Origin: a virus | Virus record (IMG/VR): IMGVR_UViG_2847502069_000001 | Coordinates: 5,495 to 69,494 of that record | DNA: 64,000 bases | Strand: one strand, 5' to 3' | In this document: positions 19,212 through 30,876 of the stretch, piece by piece | Numbering within the stretch: position 1 is the stretch's first letter | Layout of the letters: every line of letters starts with the position of its first letter | Made by a program: the position numbers and the translations under genes | Notes under the pieces: generated by a model | Seen by the model: only the letters and a program-made list of their open reading frames with translations | The model's database searches: none | What the model was told of the DNA's origin: nothing

Positions 19212-19260
19212 AATATAAAAACGCTACTTTTTAAGGGCGTTTTTTGTTTATCCTTGAATT
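19212..19260 (+). promoter_or_regulatory. Putative late promoter, copy 3 (before TMP)
   Basis: ACGCTACTTTTT at 19221, TTGAAT at 19254. Confidence 0.6.
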
Positions 19261-19286
19261 AACAATAAAAGTTCAAGGAGAAAGCC

Positions 19287-22200
19287 ATGGCAGATACACC
19301 TTTAGGGAAAATGATAATTGAAATGGGGTTTGATGATTCCAGCTTTTCAAAAGGCATTACTGGCGTTAACAAGCAATTAGCTGCCTTAAAAAATGATTTA
19401 AAAACTTCTCAAACATCATTTTCAACATTTGGTAAAGGTGTTGATGGAGTTAGAAGCCCAATGGAAGTTTTGAATAAATCAATTGCTAAGCAAAAAGAAC
19501 AGCTTGATTTATTGAAAAAATCATATTCAGGTTCACTAGTTGATGGAAAAGCAACTTCTAGTACTCAAAATTATGCTAACCAGATTTCTAGAGCAAATGC
19601 CCAATTAGCACAATATCAAGCCCAATTAAAAAATGCAGCAATTGAACAATATAAACAAACTTCTATTTTACCTAAGCTATCATCTGGTTTTGAAAAGATA
19701 AGTGGAGGATTGGACACAGTTTCCAGAAAAACCGCACCAGTCACAGTAGGTATTACAGCCGCTTTTGCGAAAGGAATTCAAGCAGCAACCAATTTCAATG
19801 GTAAGATGACTGAAATTCAAGCATTGCTAGCTGATGATACTTCGCCAAAGCAATTAGCTCAAAATATGGATGTCTTATCCAGCAAGTCTAAACAATGGGC
19901 TAGACAATACGGTATTGATACATCTTCCATTAATGAAGGTATGGAAGAAATGATAAAGCGTGGTTATGATTTTAATCAAACCGTTGGGGCCATGCCAGCA
20001 GTATTAGATGCCTCAAGAGCTTCAGGGGAAGATTTTGGAACAGTAATGTCCGCATCAACTGCCATTCTTGAACAGTTTGGTTTGAAGACTGAAGATACGG
20101 CATCCATGATGAAAAACACTCAACGTGTGACAGATAGCTTGACATTTGTAGCTAATAAAACCTCTGCAGGTTTTGAAGACATGGGTGTGGCAATGGAATA
20201 TGTTGGACCCGTTGCTCATTCTTTAGGGATGAATCTTGAAGAAACTTCATCTGCAATTGGTTTACTTTCAAATAATGGTATCGAAGGTGAAAAAGCTGGT
20301 ACATCATTGCGTGGCGCTTTATCTCGCTTGTTAAAACCTACTAAACAATCTTCAGCAGCTTTCCAAGAACTAGGTATAAATTTGGATGAGTGGAAGAAAG
20401 GGAATATCGGTTTGCCTGATATGCTTGATACCATCAAGAAACATACTGAAGGCATGACCCAAGCTGAAAAGAGTTCATTAATTGCTAAAGCATTTGGTAC
20501 AGAAGCTCAAACAGGAATGAATATCTTGATTGACCAAGGTGGTAATGCATTACGCAATTTAACCAAAGAAACACAAAATGTGACTGGTTATACTAAAAAA
20601 CTCGCAGACCAAATGAACAATTCTGATAAGAATGCTTTTAATAAAGCTAAAGCGACTTTGGAAGTTTTATCAATTGATTTAGGTCAAAAACTCTTACCTT
20701 CAATCATTCCAGTTGTTAAAGAAATAGATAATTTGGCAGGCTCGTTTTCAAAATTAAGCCCAGAAACTCAACAATTCATCATTAAAATGGCAATAGCAGC
20801 GGCCGCAGTTGCTCCAACAGCGAAAGCTTTGAGTGGACTAACAAGTATCCTTTCGGGGGTCACTGGTGGTCTGGCTAAAATTGGAGCAAAAGGAGCAGGC
20901 GAACTCGCACTTAGAGGGATTGCCACAGAAGCAGGAGGAGCAACTGCTGCGATAGCTGGAAGTGGTGGGCTATCTGCTTCTTTAGCTGGAATCTCTCCAA
21001 TATTGGCTGGTTTAAGTCCAGTGGCCGTAGGTGCATTAGGTGTAGCTGGTCTAGCGGGATTAATTGTCGGTGTAAGTAAAGCTGTAGATGACGCGAAAGA
21101 TAGAGTTAAATTCTTTGGTCAAGTTGAAGTACCAAAAGAAACTGTTGATAAAATAGATGATTTTAGAGGACGAATTGACAAAGCCAAGGTAGCAATGGAA
21201 GAGTTCGGTACCGGAAGCCAAAATTCGGCTCAAAAAGTTAAAGATGCTATCAATTCACTTTCCGAAGGCACTAAAGGGGATATTGACAAATCAACAAAAG
21301 AACTTGAAGAAGCAATGAAACGAACGGGTTATACCGCTGAACAGATTGCTGAGATGAAAAAAAGAGGTGAAAGCGCTAAGTCTGTTGTAGAAGCTGCCGC
21401 AAATGATATTTCTCAGGTTTACATTAATGCTAACAAACGAGATGAAAAAAATCGTGCTTTGACCGTTGATGAGCAGGCTCGTGTAAGTTCTAATATGAAA
21501 GTTATTTTTGAGTCAGAAGCTGATGCGCTTAAAATAACAGGAGAAAAAAAGAATACATTAATGAAAGCTCTTAATGGGGATTTCAATAATATGTCCAAAT
21601 CCCAAGCCCAACAAGTCATCAATGATATGAGAGGTATGAGGGAGCAAGCAAATAAAGAGTATGATCAACAAGCTGCCGACCAAAAAAATTACTTGATGGT
21701 CATATTATCACTCAAGATACCTATAACCAAAATATGGCCGATGCAGAGCAAGAGCGAGTTGACAAGTTAAGTAAATATGGAGTAGCTGTTGCTAAAGCCG
21801 AGGATGTAATCAGAGGTAACCTTAAATTAGGGGAAGCTGGTTATAAAGAATGGCGTGAAAATGCAGAAGCAGAAATGGGACTATATGGTGAATCATTCGA
21901 TGAGGCTTTAGCTAAAGCTGGTGATGCCAGCAAGAAGTTAGGGGATAATGGTAAACTCTTAGCAAAATATACTACTGGTATGTCGGATGATGCAAAAAAG
22001 GCAAATGATGCATGGAATAGTATTATTTTTGACCCTAAAACTGGGGAAATTAAAACAAATGCTCCTGAAGTTATAGCAGAAGCTGTTAAATCTAAAGAAG
22101 GTTGGGATAATATGCAGTTCATCTTGAAGAACGCTAATTTAACAACGAATGCCAGATTTACAGTCGCAGAAGCTTTGATTGCTAGTGGGCAATGGGACCA

Positions 22201-23374
22201 GCTTTCTCCTGAACAAAAGAATTTGGTTGTCAATAATCAACAGGGGTTGCTTGCTATTGCTGATAGTAGACAAAACATGAAAATTTGGAATGAAATGCCA
22301 GATTCTGTAAAGAAAATTCTCGGTGATAATAAAGATTTCTTACAAAACAAAGAAACGGCCCAACAAGCTTTAACTGGTTGGAATACACTTCCTGCTCAAA
22401 CTAAAAAATTATTAGGTGATGATACCGACTTTTTGAGTAAAAAAGGAAACGCAGCTCAAGCATTGAATACGTGGAATTCTATGCCAGAAAATGTTAAAAA
22501 GCTTCTCGGTAACGATAAAGATTTCCAAAACAAAAAAGGTGCAGCCGCAAGGGCTTTAAAAGCCTGGGATGCCATGCCTGAGAATGTTAAGAAAATGCTT
22601 GCTAATAACTTCGATGTACTAGCTAAAAAAGAAGGGGCTACTAATGCAATTCTGCAATGGAATAATTTGCCTGCAGATGCAAAAAAATTATTAGCAAGCA
22701 ACCAAACGGCAAGTGGTGTTAATTCAGCTAATTCATGGATACAAAACAATTTCCTTGGGAAAACAGTAGATTTAAATGCGAATTCTAAACCAGCGCAGGA
22801 TGTTCAAGACTCATTTTTAAATAATAAAGTCTCTAAAACAATTGATTTAATCATAAATAAAACAAACAATGCCCAAGGTACACCATACCATCCAGGCGGA
22901 CTTGCTACGGTTAATGACCAAAAAGGGCCAACCTATAAGGAGTTGATCAGTTTGCCTAATGGAGTAAGTTTTATTCCAGAAGGGCGAGATGTGACAATGC
23001 CACTTCCTAAAGGAACGAAAATTTTAAAAGCTAGTAAAACAGCACAGCTTATTCCTAAATATGCCGATGGTACTGGTGGAATTCCAGCTAATGCGAAGAT
23101 ATTTAGAGATATGAGAGCAGTTCAACAACAGTTAGTGGTTAATACTCCAGTTGTTGATAACAGTGGTCAACTTAATGTCATCATTGAGTTACTTAAATTA
23201 ATGTCAGGAAGTAATAACGAGTCATTAATTAAAGCAATTAGAGCTTTAGCAAATCGGCCATCAGTTTCTATTTTTGATAAAAAGGATGCTGCTAAAACAC
23301 TAACAAAATTAATTTCTGAGAATCAAGAGAAAGATACTCTTATTCAAACTTTGATTGGAGGTCATAATCCGTGA
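19287..23374 (+). CDS. Tail tape measure protein, split by a 1-bp deletion in the A7 run at 21682-21688
   Basis: TP901-family TMP motifs; adding one A joins DQKK to LLDGHIITQDTYNQNMADAEQE and makes the length a multiple of 3. Confidence 0.9.
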
Positions 23375-24897
23375 ATAAAACAATGAAAATAACACTTGAC
23401 GGAATTGACATATCAAAATTGTTTTATTCTGTTACAAATATCAAAAGAAATATTGGTTCAAATTGGGTTAATACAACTAGTCCTAGACTTCAAGGTGCAG
23501 AGTTTCTTTATAATGCTTTAGGTTCAAAAACAATTTCATTCGATTATATTATTGATGGTGTATTTTTTGAGGAAATAAATGCAAAAAAAGAATTACTTGC
23601 AAAATATCTAAATGTTAAAGCCCCCGTGCCTTTAATTTTTAACGATGAACCAAATAAAGTCTGGTACGTTGTCCCTGATGGCGAACAATCTTTTGAGCAG
23701 ATTACGGGTACACTTACTTTTTTGGTACCTAAAGGTTATGCGGAATCAGTCGATACTAAAGTATTAAATAATGATAACTCAGGCGAAGAAAATGGAACCA
23801 TCATAAACAATGCTGATAACTCAGTTTCGGTATTGATTAATAACAATGGAACCTTGCCTATCTATCCCACAATTAAAGTTACCCCAACATCTGAAACAGG
23901 CTATTTAGCCTTTGTTGGTCAGAATGGAATCCTTGAAATTGGTAATCCAGATGAAGCAGATACAACTACAGCTAAAAGTCAAAAGCTAGTCTGTGATTTT
24001 AAAACTCGGTCAGATTTTGAAACTAACTTTGTTCCAGATACAAGCTGGACGACTTCATGGCCAACAAATCTTGAGGGAATGCCTTTAAATAGTACCATCG
24101 GTTGGAAAGATGATGGGATTCGAATTGGAGCAATGGCGCAATCTTCGCTTTGGAACGCAGGAGTTTTAAGATATGAAGTACCTAAAGATGATTTGGGTAA
24201 TTATGTTAAAGATTGGCATGCTAATTTCAATACGCTCTATATTCAAAAGAACCTTGAACAGTGTGGCAGATTCCAAATTCATTTTGCGGATGAAAACAAG
24301 CAACCACTTGCTTGCTTTGAAATCTATAAAGGAGGTGTTGGTGAAAATGCAAGTTTGAACTTTTGGCTGATTGGTGGAGATAAAAAATTGAAGCTTTTCA
24401 AAAATCATACATTCTCAGCGACTACTGGAAAACCAGATAAAAATGGGTCTCCACTTTTTGCTGCAAGTCATGGCGGGCAGGCGATTGTCAAACAAGGCAA
24501 TAAGATTACTTTCTACTGGCGAGCGATGGCTGAAACTTATCTCATGGATGGTGTGCCAGCATCTACCAAACTTGCTTATGTTTATGTCGTGATCGGGAAA
24601 AGACGATATTATCAAATGGTAGCAGATACAAGTCTTAGATCATTTAAACTCATGAATCTAAACAATGAGTACACTGTCGATATTCCTAATAAGTACCAAC
24701 CAGAAGATGAAATAAAAGTTGATATGGAAAAATCAAAAATCACAGTTAATGACTTAGGGGCGAACTCAGACTATATCACGGGTTCAGAATTCTTTTCAAT
24801 TCCTCCAGGAGCAAGCCAAAGGCTAGATATTGTGTATTCAAATTTCACAACAAGCCCGCCTAAAGTTGAAATCAAGTGGAAGGAGCGAATCTTATAA
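23371..24897 (+). CDS. Distal tail protein (evolved Dit with probable carbohydrate-binding insertion)
   Basis: Position after TMP; FNDEPNKVWY and FFSIPPG...WKERIL Dit ends; 508 aa. Confidence 0.85.
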   Translation: MNKTMKITLDGIDISKLFYSVTNIKRNIGSNWVNTTSPRLQGAEFLYNALGSKTISFDYIIDGVFFEEINAKKELLAKYLNVKAPVPLIFNDEPNKVWYVVPDGEQSFEQITGTLTFLVPKGYAESVDTKVLNNDNSGEENGTIINNADNSVSVLINNNGTLPIYPTIKVTPTSETGYLAFVGQNGILEIGNPDEADTTTAKSQKLVCDFKTRSDFETNFVPDTSWTTSWPTNLEGMPLNSTIGWKDDGIRIGAMAQSSLWNAGVLRYEVPKDDLGNYVKDWHANFNTLYIQKNLEQCGRFQIHFADENKQPLACFEIYKGGVGENASLNFWLIGGDKKLKLFKNHTFSATTGKPDKNGSPLFAASHGGQAIVKQGNKITFYWRAMAETYLMDGVPASTKLAYVYVVIGKRRYYQMVADTSLRSFKLMNLNNEYTVDIPNKYQPEDEIKVDMEKSKITVNDLGANSDYITGSEFFSIPPGASQRLDIVYSNFTTSPPKVEIKWKERIL

Positions 24898-27800
24898 TGT
24901 TAATCTCAATTCATGACCATACTTTAAAACGGGTTGGTTTTCTCAGTAATGATGACTCTGAAACGCCAGATTTTAAAGATGATAATTTTCATCGCTACTT
25001 AGCACAGGGGACATCAACTTTTGATTTCACGGTCAATAAAATAAAAAATGGAGTAGTCCAAGATTATGTTCAACTGTTAAATGAGCGAGCTTATTTCAGC
25101 TTTCAGTACGAGGACGAGGATTTCCTTTTTGATTCTGTCATTGTTGAAGAAGATGATGACAAAATCACTTTCAATTGTCTAAGCCTAAACCTTGAAATGC
25201 GAAATGAAGAAGTGAAAGCCTTAAAAAATACAGTAAGCCATAACATTAAATGGTACTTTGACCAATTAGGCCAAATCAATTTTGCAAAAATCTCACTTGG
25301 TATTAATCAGGTTGAAAATGATACAAGGGTCATTAATTATGATTCGGAAGATACTAAACTTGCTCGTTTAATTTCAGTTATTCAAAATTTTGACGCAGAA
25401 TTTGAGTTTGTCACAAAATTAAAAAGAGATGGAACGCTTGATAATATCACACTCAATATTTACAAGAAAAATGATGGTGGCGATATTCAAGGAGTTGGTC
25501 AAAATAGAAATGATGTGCTTTTATCCTTTGGAGAAAATGTCACAGGGGTTAATCGAAAAGTTGAAAAGTCTCAGATATTTAATTCACTTTATGTCACTGG
25601 GAAAGATGGGTTAAGTTGGAAAAACTCTTCCTGGTCAGTTACGAATTCAGAAGGGCAAGAAGAATTCTATAAAAGAGCTGGTGAAAGTTACGCTAAAGCT
25701 CCATTATCTGCTCAGATGTTTCCTTCACAACTTCAATCGTCAACTGGCGATATATTTACCAATAAGAACGAAGCTACCGAATACACCACAGTCAATGCCA
25801 TGTGGGGCTACGCTTTGAGTCAGCTGAAACAATATGCTTATCCATTAGTGACTTATGAAGTGACAGCCACAAGTAACTTGACTGTTTCAAGTACTGGCGA
25901 TGGGACACCGCTTCATATTGGCGATACGGTCAGAATTCAAGATAAGAATTTCATTGATTCTGACGGAAATGTTGGCTTGTTTTTGTCGGCTCGTGTGAGT
26001 GAATTAGAAATAAGTTTCACTAACCCTACAAGTAACAAAATTACGTTTTCGAATTATATCAAGCTTAAAAGTGAAGTGTCTGATGATCTAACTGCTAGAA
26101 TGCAAGAAATTATCAATGCTAATACTCCTTACCGTCCTGATATCACTTCTACCAATGGCTTGCAATTTAAAAATGGAACGGGAACGACTACATTAGGCGC
26201 ACATATCTATTTCGGTTCAGATGATAAAGAAACAATTGCGGATAGCTACGAATGGTCGAAAGACGGAACGGTTGTTGCGAACGCTCAGACTATCACAGTT
26301 GATGCCAGCGGAGTTGTGGATAAAGCAGTTTATAGCTTTAAAGCAACAGTTGGTGGAAAAGTAGTCGGTAGTCAGTCGGTGACTATCACTAATGTTAACG
26401 ACGGAATTGCTGGTAAAACATCATACACTCACATAGCCTATGCCAACAGCGCAGACGGTACTGACGGTTTCACGACTGTTTATCCGAATTTGAATTTGTT
26501 GAAAAACACAAAATCACAATCTTACACTTCTACTGGGACAGCAGAGAATATTTCATCTAATAATTATCCATTAGATGGAGTTATAGCTGATATTTTAAAT
26601 AAACCATTAACTATTACTTATAATTATGCTATTACAAACTCATCAGGAACTTGGTCAGGTACGATTAGACCTACTTATGGTTTAGGGGGTACAAATCAAA
26701 GTGTTAGTAACACTAATCTAAGCGGTACTCACAAAGAGACAGTTACTTTAGCAGGTGTCGGTTTCAATTCATATAGAATTGTAACATCAGGTCTACCTGC
26801 TGGGACAACAGTTACAATCACAAATTTAAAAGTAGAGTTTGGCTCAACCGCCACTCCACACATGCCCTCAGCTAGCGAAGTCACAACCGCTGACTGGCCG
26901 AGCTACATTGGTCAGTATTCAGATTTCACAGCTACAGCATCCACAGACTCTACTAAATATGCGCCTTGGACTGTATTTAAAGGTATTGATGGAAATAACG
27001 GTAGAGGAGTTGTAAGCATTGAGCAGAAATATCAGCTTACACAAACATCAGCAAAACCAGTTGACCCTTGGGATAATAGCGTATGGCAAACAACGCAGCC
27101 TACAACAACGGCCACCAACAAATATCTCTGGTCTATTACTCGAACAACATTTAATTTAGCACCTTTGACACAAGATATTGTGGAACAAAAAGCAGTTTAT
27201 GGTGATAAAGGGACTGACGGTGACCCAGGTAAAGTTGTTTCTGATACTGAGCCAACGACTCGATTCAAAGACTTAACTTGGAAATATTCAGGTACCGCAG
27301 ACCTTACCGCAAGTGATGGAACAGTTATCAAGCCTAATACGGAGTATTACTTCAATGGCAAAAACTGGATGATTAACTTTCTAAGTGCAAATAACATTGA
27401 TGCTAATTCTATCACTGCAGAAAAAATCAATGGTACAGATTTAGAAGTGAAAAATGGGAAGTTCACAGATGGAGTTATTGAAACGAGTTGGAAAAATGGA
27501 ACCGTTGCTGGGAGCACGAATATTGAAAAAGACCATCTAATAATTACCCGAACTGATTCATCTGTTAATACAACAAATTCTATTGGTTTGGATAGCACCC
27601 AAGGACTTATCATGACTTACACGGATAATTCTACTGGGCGAATAATATCAGTCGGTACGAATTTTCAAGGCATGTTCTTAACAGACAGCACGGGAATTTC
27701 TGCGAGTATCTCACCAGCCGGTGTCAAGTTGTCCTCCGATGTAAACTGGACTCAAATCGGAAATATCGGTGGACGTAGAGCTGAGTGGAAACGTGAAAAC

Positions 27801-28049
27801 AATCGAGTTACGATGAATATCCACGGTGGTAACGGTGATGGGTTCCCTGTCGTCACGAGCGGCGGAACGCTTTTGGGAATACTTCCAACAAACGCTAGAC
27901 CCCCAAGCGATATTTCCATGCCTGCTACTGCTCAGGGAGCTGGTGCAACCGCTCAAATTTCCATTAATTCCTCGGGAGAAGTGAGGTGTTATCGCTGGGG
28001 TGGAGATTCTGTTTATTTTGGTGCTTATATTTCGTACTATGTTGAATAA
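24897..28049 (+). CDS. Tal-receptor-binding (host specificity) protein with BppA-like CBM cassette
   Basis: Tal-like N-terminus; YTHIAYANSADGTDGF-YPNLNLL...ATPHMPSASEV module; short collagen-like GxxGxxG. Confidence 0.88.
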   Translation: MLISIHDHTLKRVGFLSNDDSETPDFKDDNFHRYLAQGTSTFDFTVNKIKNGVVQDYVQLLNERAYFSFQYEDEDFLFDSVIVEEDDDKITFNCLSLNLEMRNEEVKALKNTVSHNIKWYFDQLGQINFAKISLGINQVENDTRVINYDSEDTKLARLISVIQNFDAEFEFVTKLKRDGTLDNITLNIYKKNDGGDIQGVGQNRNDVLLSFGENVTGVNRKVEKSQIFNSLYVTGKDGLSWKNSSWSVTNSEGQEEFYKRAGESYAKAPLSAQMFPSQLQSSTGDIFTNKNEATEYTTVNAMWGYALSQLKQYAYPLVTYEVTATSNLTVSSTGDGTPLHIGDTVRIQDKNFIDSDGNVGLFLSARVSELEISFTNPTSNKITFSNYIKLKSEVSDDLTARMQEIINANTPYRPDITSTNGLQFKNGTGTTTLGAHIYFGSDDKETIADSYEWSKDGTVVANAQTITVDASGVVDKAVYSFKATVGGKVVGSQSVTITNVNDGIAGKTSYTHIAYANSADGTDGFTTVYPNLNLLKNTKSQSYTSTGTAENISSNNYPLDGVIADILNKPLTITYNYAITNSSGTWSGTIRPTYGLGGTNQSVSNTNLSGTHKETVTLAGVGFNSYRIVTSGLPAGTTVTITNLKVEFGSTATPHMPSASEVTTADWPSYIGQYSDFTATASTDSTKYAPWTVFKGIDGNNGRGVVSIEQKYQLTQTSAKPVDPWDNSVWQTTQPTTTATNKYLWSITRTTFNLAPLTQDIVEQKAVYGDKGTDGDPGKVVSDTEPTTRFKDLTWKYSGTADLTASDGTVIKPNTEYYFNGKNWMINFLSANNIDANSITAEKINGTDLEVKNGKFTDGVIETSWKNGTVAGSTNIEKDHLIITRTDSSVNTTNSIGLDSTQGLIMTYTDNSTGRIISVGTNFQGMFLTDSTGISASISPAGVKLSSDVNWTQIGNIGGRRAEWKRENNRVTMNIHGGNGDGFPVVTSGGTLLGILPTNARPPSDISMPATAQGAGATAQISINSSGEVRCYRWGGDSVYFGAYISYYVE

Positions 28050-28059
28050 AGGAGAAACA

Positions 28060-28296
28060 ATGAAAATACTAAAATCAAACATCTTGCAGTATGTAGGAGA
28101 GACTGGAACAGCTGATATTCCAACAGGTAATATTAAAGGAAATGTTAATGAAGATGGGTCTTTCAAATTGGAAGTAACTGTTTTTAACGCAAATGAATTT
28201 TTCAGTGAGGAAACCCAAAGGATTGAACTAACAGAATTTTTCAATCAAATTTTGGACAAATCCAAAGAAATAAGTGGTGGAGCAAGTAAAGAATAG
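28060..28296 (+). CDS. Small phage protein after RBP
   Basis: AAGGAG RBS, ATG 28060. Confidence 0.7.
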   Translation: MKILKSNILQYVGETGTADIPTGNIKGNVNEDGSFKLEVTVFNANEFFSEETQRIELTEFFNQILDKSKEISGGASKE

Positions 28297-28308
28297 AAAG
28301 CAGGGGTT

Positions 28309-28533
28309 ATGGAGGAGCAAGCATGGCGAGAAGTACTCGAACGATTAGCTCGAATTGAAACAAAGTTGGATAACTATGAAACAGTTAGAGATAAAGCAGA
28401 ACGAGCGCTTTTAATAGCCCAATCAAATGCAAAACTTATAGAAAAAATGGAAGCCAATAATAAGTGGGCTTGGGGCTTTATGCTTACTCTTGCCGTAACT
28501 ATTATTGGATATATAATTACTAAAATAATTTAA
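28309..28533 (+). CDS. XhlA-like holin/hemolysin-family protein
   Basis: MEEQAWREVLERLARIETKLD, C-terminal TM helix. Confidence 0.8.
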   Translation: MEEQAWREVLERLARIETKLDNYETVRDKAERALLIAQSNAKLIEKMEANNKWAWGFMLTLAVTIIGYIITKII

Positions 28534-28545
28534 AGGAGAAAGAAC

Positions 28546-28833
28546 ATGAAAACAATTGATAAAGGCACGCTTACACGTACAGTTTTGCTTTGGTTAGCTA
28601 TCATTAACCAAATTCTAACAGCATTGGGTATTAATCCATTGCCGCTTGACGATAATACTGTTAGCACTGTAATTACAACAGTTTTTGCACTTTGGGCATG
28701 GTGGAAGAACAACGACTTCACTCATGCAGCAAAAAAAGGAACTGAACTTACTAAAAGTTTAAAAAATGGAGACAGTGTTCAAGTAGTTAAGGCATCTGAT
28801 TCTGACCACGAATTCACAGAAGGAGGCGAATAA
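28546..28833 (+). CDS. Holin (SPP1 family)
   Basis: GTLTRTVLL...ALWAWWKNNDFT. Confidence 0.9.
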   Translation: MKTIDKGTLTRTVLLWLAIINQILTALGINPLPLDDNTVSTVITTVFALWAWWKNNDFTHAAKKGTELTKSLKNGDSVQVVKASDSDHEFTEGGE

Positions 28834-29612
28834 TGTCAAGTATTGAAAATATGATTGCTTGGATGCAAGCACGAAAAGGTAAAGTTACTTACTCAATGAC
28901 ATCGCGAATGGGGCCGAACAGTTATGATTGCAGCTCGTCAGTGTTTTTTGCCATGATTGCCGGTGGCTTTCTGTCAGCTGGTTCAATGGGTAATACTGAA
29001 ACCTTGTTTGGGATGTCAGGAACAAAACTGAAAGAAATCAGTCGAGGAGAGGTGCAACGTGGTGATATTTTTATCTCAGGTACTCCAGGAGGTTCGGCTG
29101 GTTCAGATGGACACACAGGTATTTTCCTAAGCAATGGTTCATTCATTCACTGCTCTTATACTCACAACGGAATTGCGGTAGATACGAATGACGCTTATAT
29201 GAGTACTCGCTTGCCACATCACTTTTATCGAATTGTTGGCTCAGGTTCAGGGAATACTGACAACAAGCCTCAAATGGTTAAATTAAATCTTGACGGCCAA
29301 TTTGGAAATGCGACAGCTAAACGACTTCAAGAATACTTTGATACAGCCGGAAAAGACGGAGTGATCAGTCACCAGTACAAACAAACCTTTAACCAAAATA
29401 TTTATGCTGCACAGTTTGATTCATCACTGACAGGTTCAAACGTGGTTAAAGCATTGCAAAGATTCTTAGGCATTGGCCAAGACGGACTGTTTGGCCAAGG
29501 TACAATTAAAGCACTACAAAAGCACCTTGGAACCACACAAGACGGAACTATTAGCCCAGTATCTGATTCTGTTAGAGAATTACAACGTCGATTAAATGCG
29601 AATAAATTATAA
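28833..29612 (+). CDS. Endolysin (Amidase_5 catalytic domain + peptidoglycan-binding domain)
   Basis: YSMTSRMGPNSYDCSS, GHTGIF, DGQFGNAT/DGLFGQGT repeats. Confidence 0.93.
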   Translation: MSSIENMIAWMQARKGKVTYSMTSRMGPNSYDCSSSVFFAMIAGGFLSAGSMGNTETLFGMSGTKLKEISRGEVQRGDIFISGTPGGSAGSDGHTGIFLSNGSFIHCSYTHNGIAVDTNDAYMSTRLPHHFYRIVGSGSGNTDNKPQMVKLNLDGQFGNATAKRLQEYFDTAGKDGVISHQYKQTFNQNIYAAQFDSSLTGSNVVKALQRFLGIGQDGLFGQGTIKALQKHLGTTQDGTISPVSDSVRELQRRLNANKL

Positions 29613-29659
29613 AAATTAACCCTGACTTCTGTCGAACGTTTTTCTTTGTTCTCGTTAAG

Positions 29660-30670
29660 AAGTTTGCTATAATTAATTTCTAACACTGATCCCCCTTAAT
29701 TGGGGGTCTTTTTTTGTTAATAAATGTTACTGTTTTTCTTAAGATAAATTAGTATAATATCCTTATCGTAAATGCTATTCCAAATACAAATACAAATAAC
29801 TAAGTATTTCTGGAGAGATAAAGCGCCCTTTTCCAAAGCGAGGGCGTTTTTCTTTACAAGGAAAGCAGTAAATTGTATAATGATCCTACCTTTTAAATTA
29901 AAGTTATAAATAACTCCGAGAACATCGTTTTGACTAAGTGACGGTGTTTTTTTATTTGAAAACGAATACAAAAAGTAGTAGAATGAATTCATCTTACCTA
30001 TATAAGATGACGTCTGCCCTTAAACAGGGCTTTTTGTTCTAGTTAAGGAAGTAGATATATACTATATTTACCCAAAAATATAAAATTTTTCATAAAGTTT
30101 ACTCCAAAGCGTCCCTCTCCTAACTGGGGCGCTTTTTTTGTGCTATAATATAGTCGGGATGATTGTGGGATTTCATCCTATTTCTAGAGTTAAGCTGCTC
30201 TTCGGAGCGGCTTTTTTTATTTGTTTCATATGATATAACGAAACTCTTAAACATGGGTGTCAGCAATTTTCTGGCATTTTTCATATTATTTTGTAAATGA
30301 GAAAAAAGAAGTAAATAAATGTATAATCAAAATTTTTCATAAAGTTTTAGTCCTAATATCCCTCTGAACAAGGGGCATTTTTTGAATTGTCTATATAATT
30401 CTTGACAAAATAAAATGATAAGAGTAAACTAAGAAAATCAAGATCTAATCTTGATATCTCCTAATCTAAGAGTTCTAAAACTCTTAACAAATTATTTAAC
30501 GCCCTTTATAGGGTGTTTTTTCATAAATTTATGCACAAAAAAAGCTCTAGCTGGATGACTTCAAGGAGTCCAACTAGAGGATGATGAGTGTTAGTACAAA
30601 TTCAGAAAAAGTTTCGTGTGTACAAAAAATAAGAGGTACCAACAATTTAAATATTATCAATTTTTTAGAC
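29660..30670 (+). ncRNA. Cluster of about 9 short promoter-terminator cassettes (plus one on the minus strand at ~30535-30670)
   Basis: Alternating -10 hexamers (several with -35 at 17 nt) and GC hairpin-plus-T-run terminators; no credible ORFs. Confidence 0.65.
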
Positions 30671-30815
30671 AATTGTCAATTATTTATAGTAGTGTGTTAT
30701 AATATATTTAGTGGATGAGAAATTGATTTCTTTTACAGTGTCTTTGATAATCTGCAGTTCCGTCCACACATATCTGATATAATAACCAAGATAAGTGCTA
30801 TAGATTATCAAAATC

Positions 30816-30876
30816 GGTTCTTTAGCTCAGTTGGTAGCTAACCGTTCGGTCGCTGGTTCGAGTCCAGCAAGAACCA
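30816..30876 (+). tRNA. tRNA remnant lacking an anticodon arm
   Basis: GGTTCTT acceptor, TAGCTCAGTTGGTAG D-arm, GCTGG-TTCGAGT-CCAGC T-arm, AAGAACCA 3' end; only 61 nt. Confidence 0.7.

Noticed and set aside
21734-23374. Separate 546-aa gene after a shorter TMP
   Set aside because: No RBS; one added A fuses both ORFs into a single TMP
30040-30360. Type I toxin-antitoxin loci from minus-strand mini-ORFs MKNFIFLGKYSIYLLP and MKNFDYTFIYFFFLIYKII
   Set aside because: The peptides share nothing beyond MKNF, run through the opposite-strand promoters and have no evident own promoter or terminator; an antisense-in-trans reading is more economical, though not excluded
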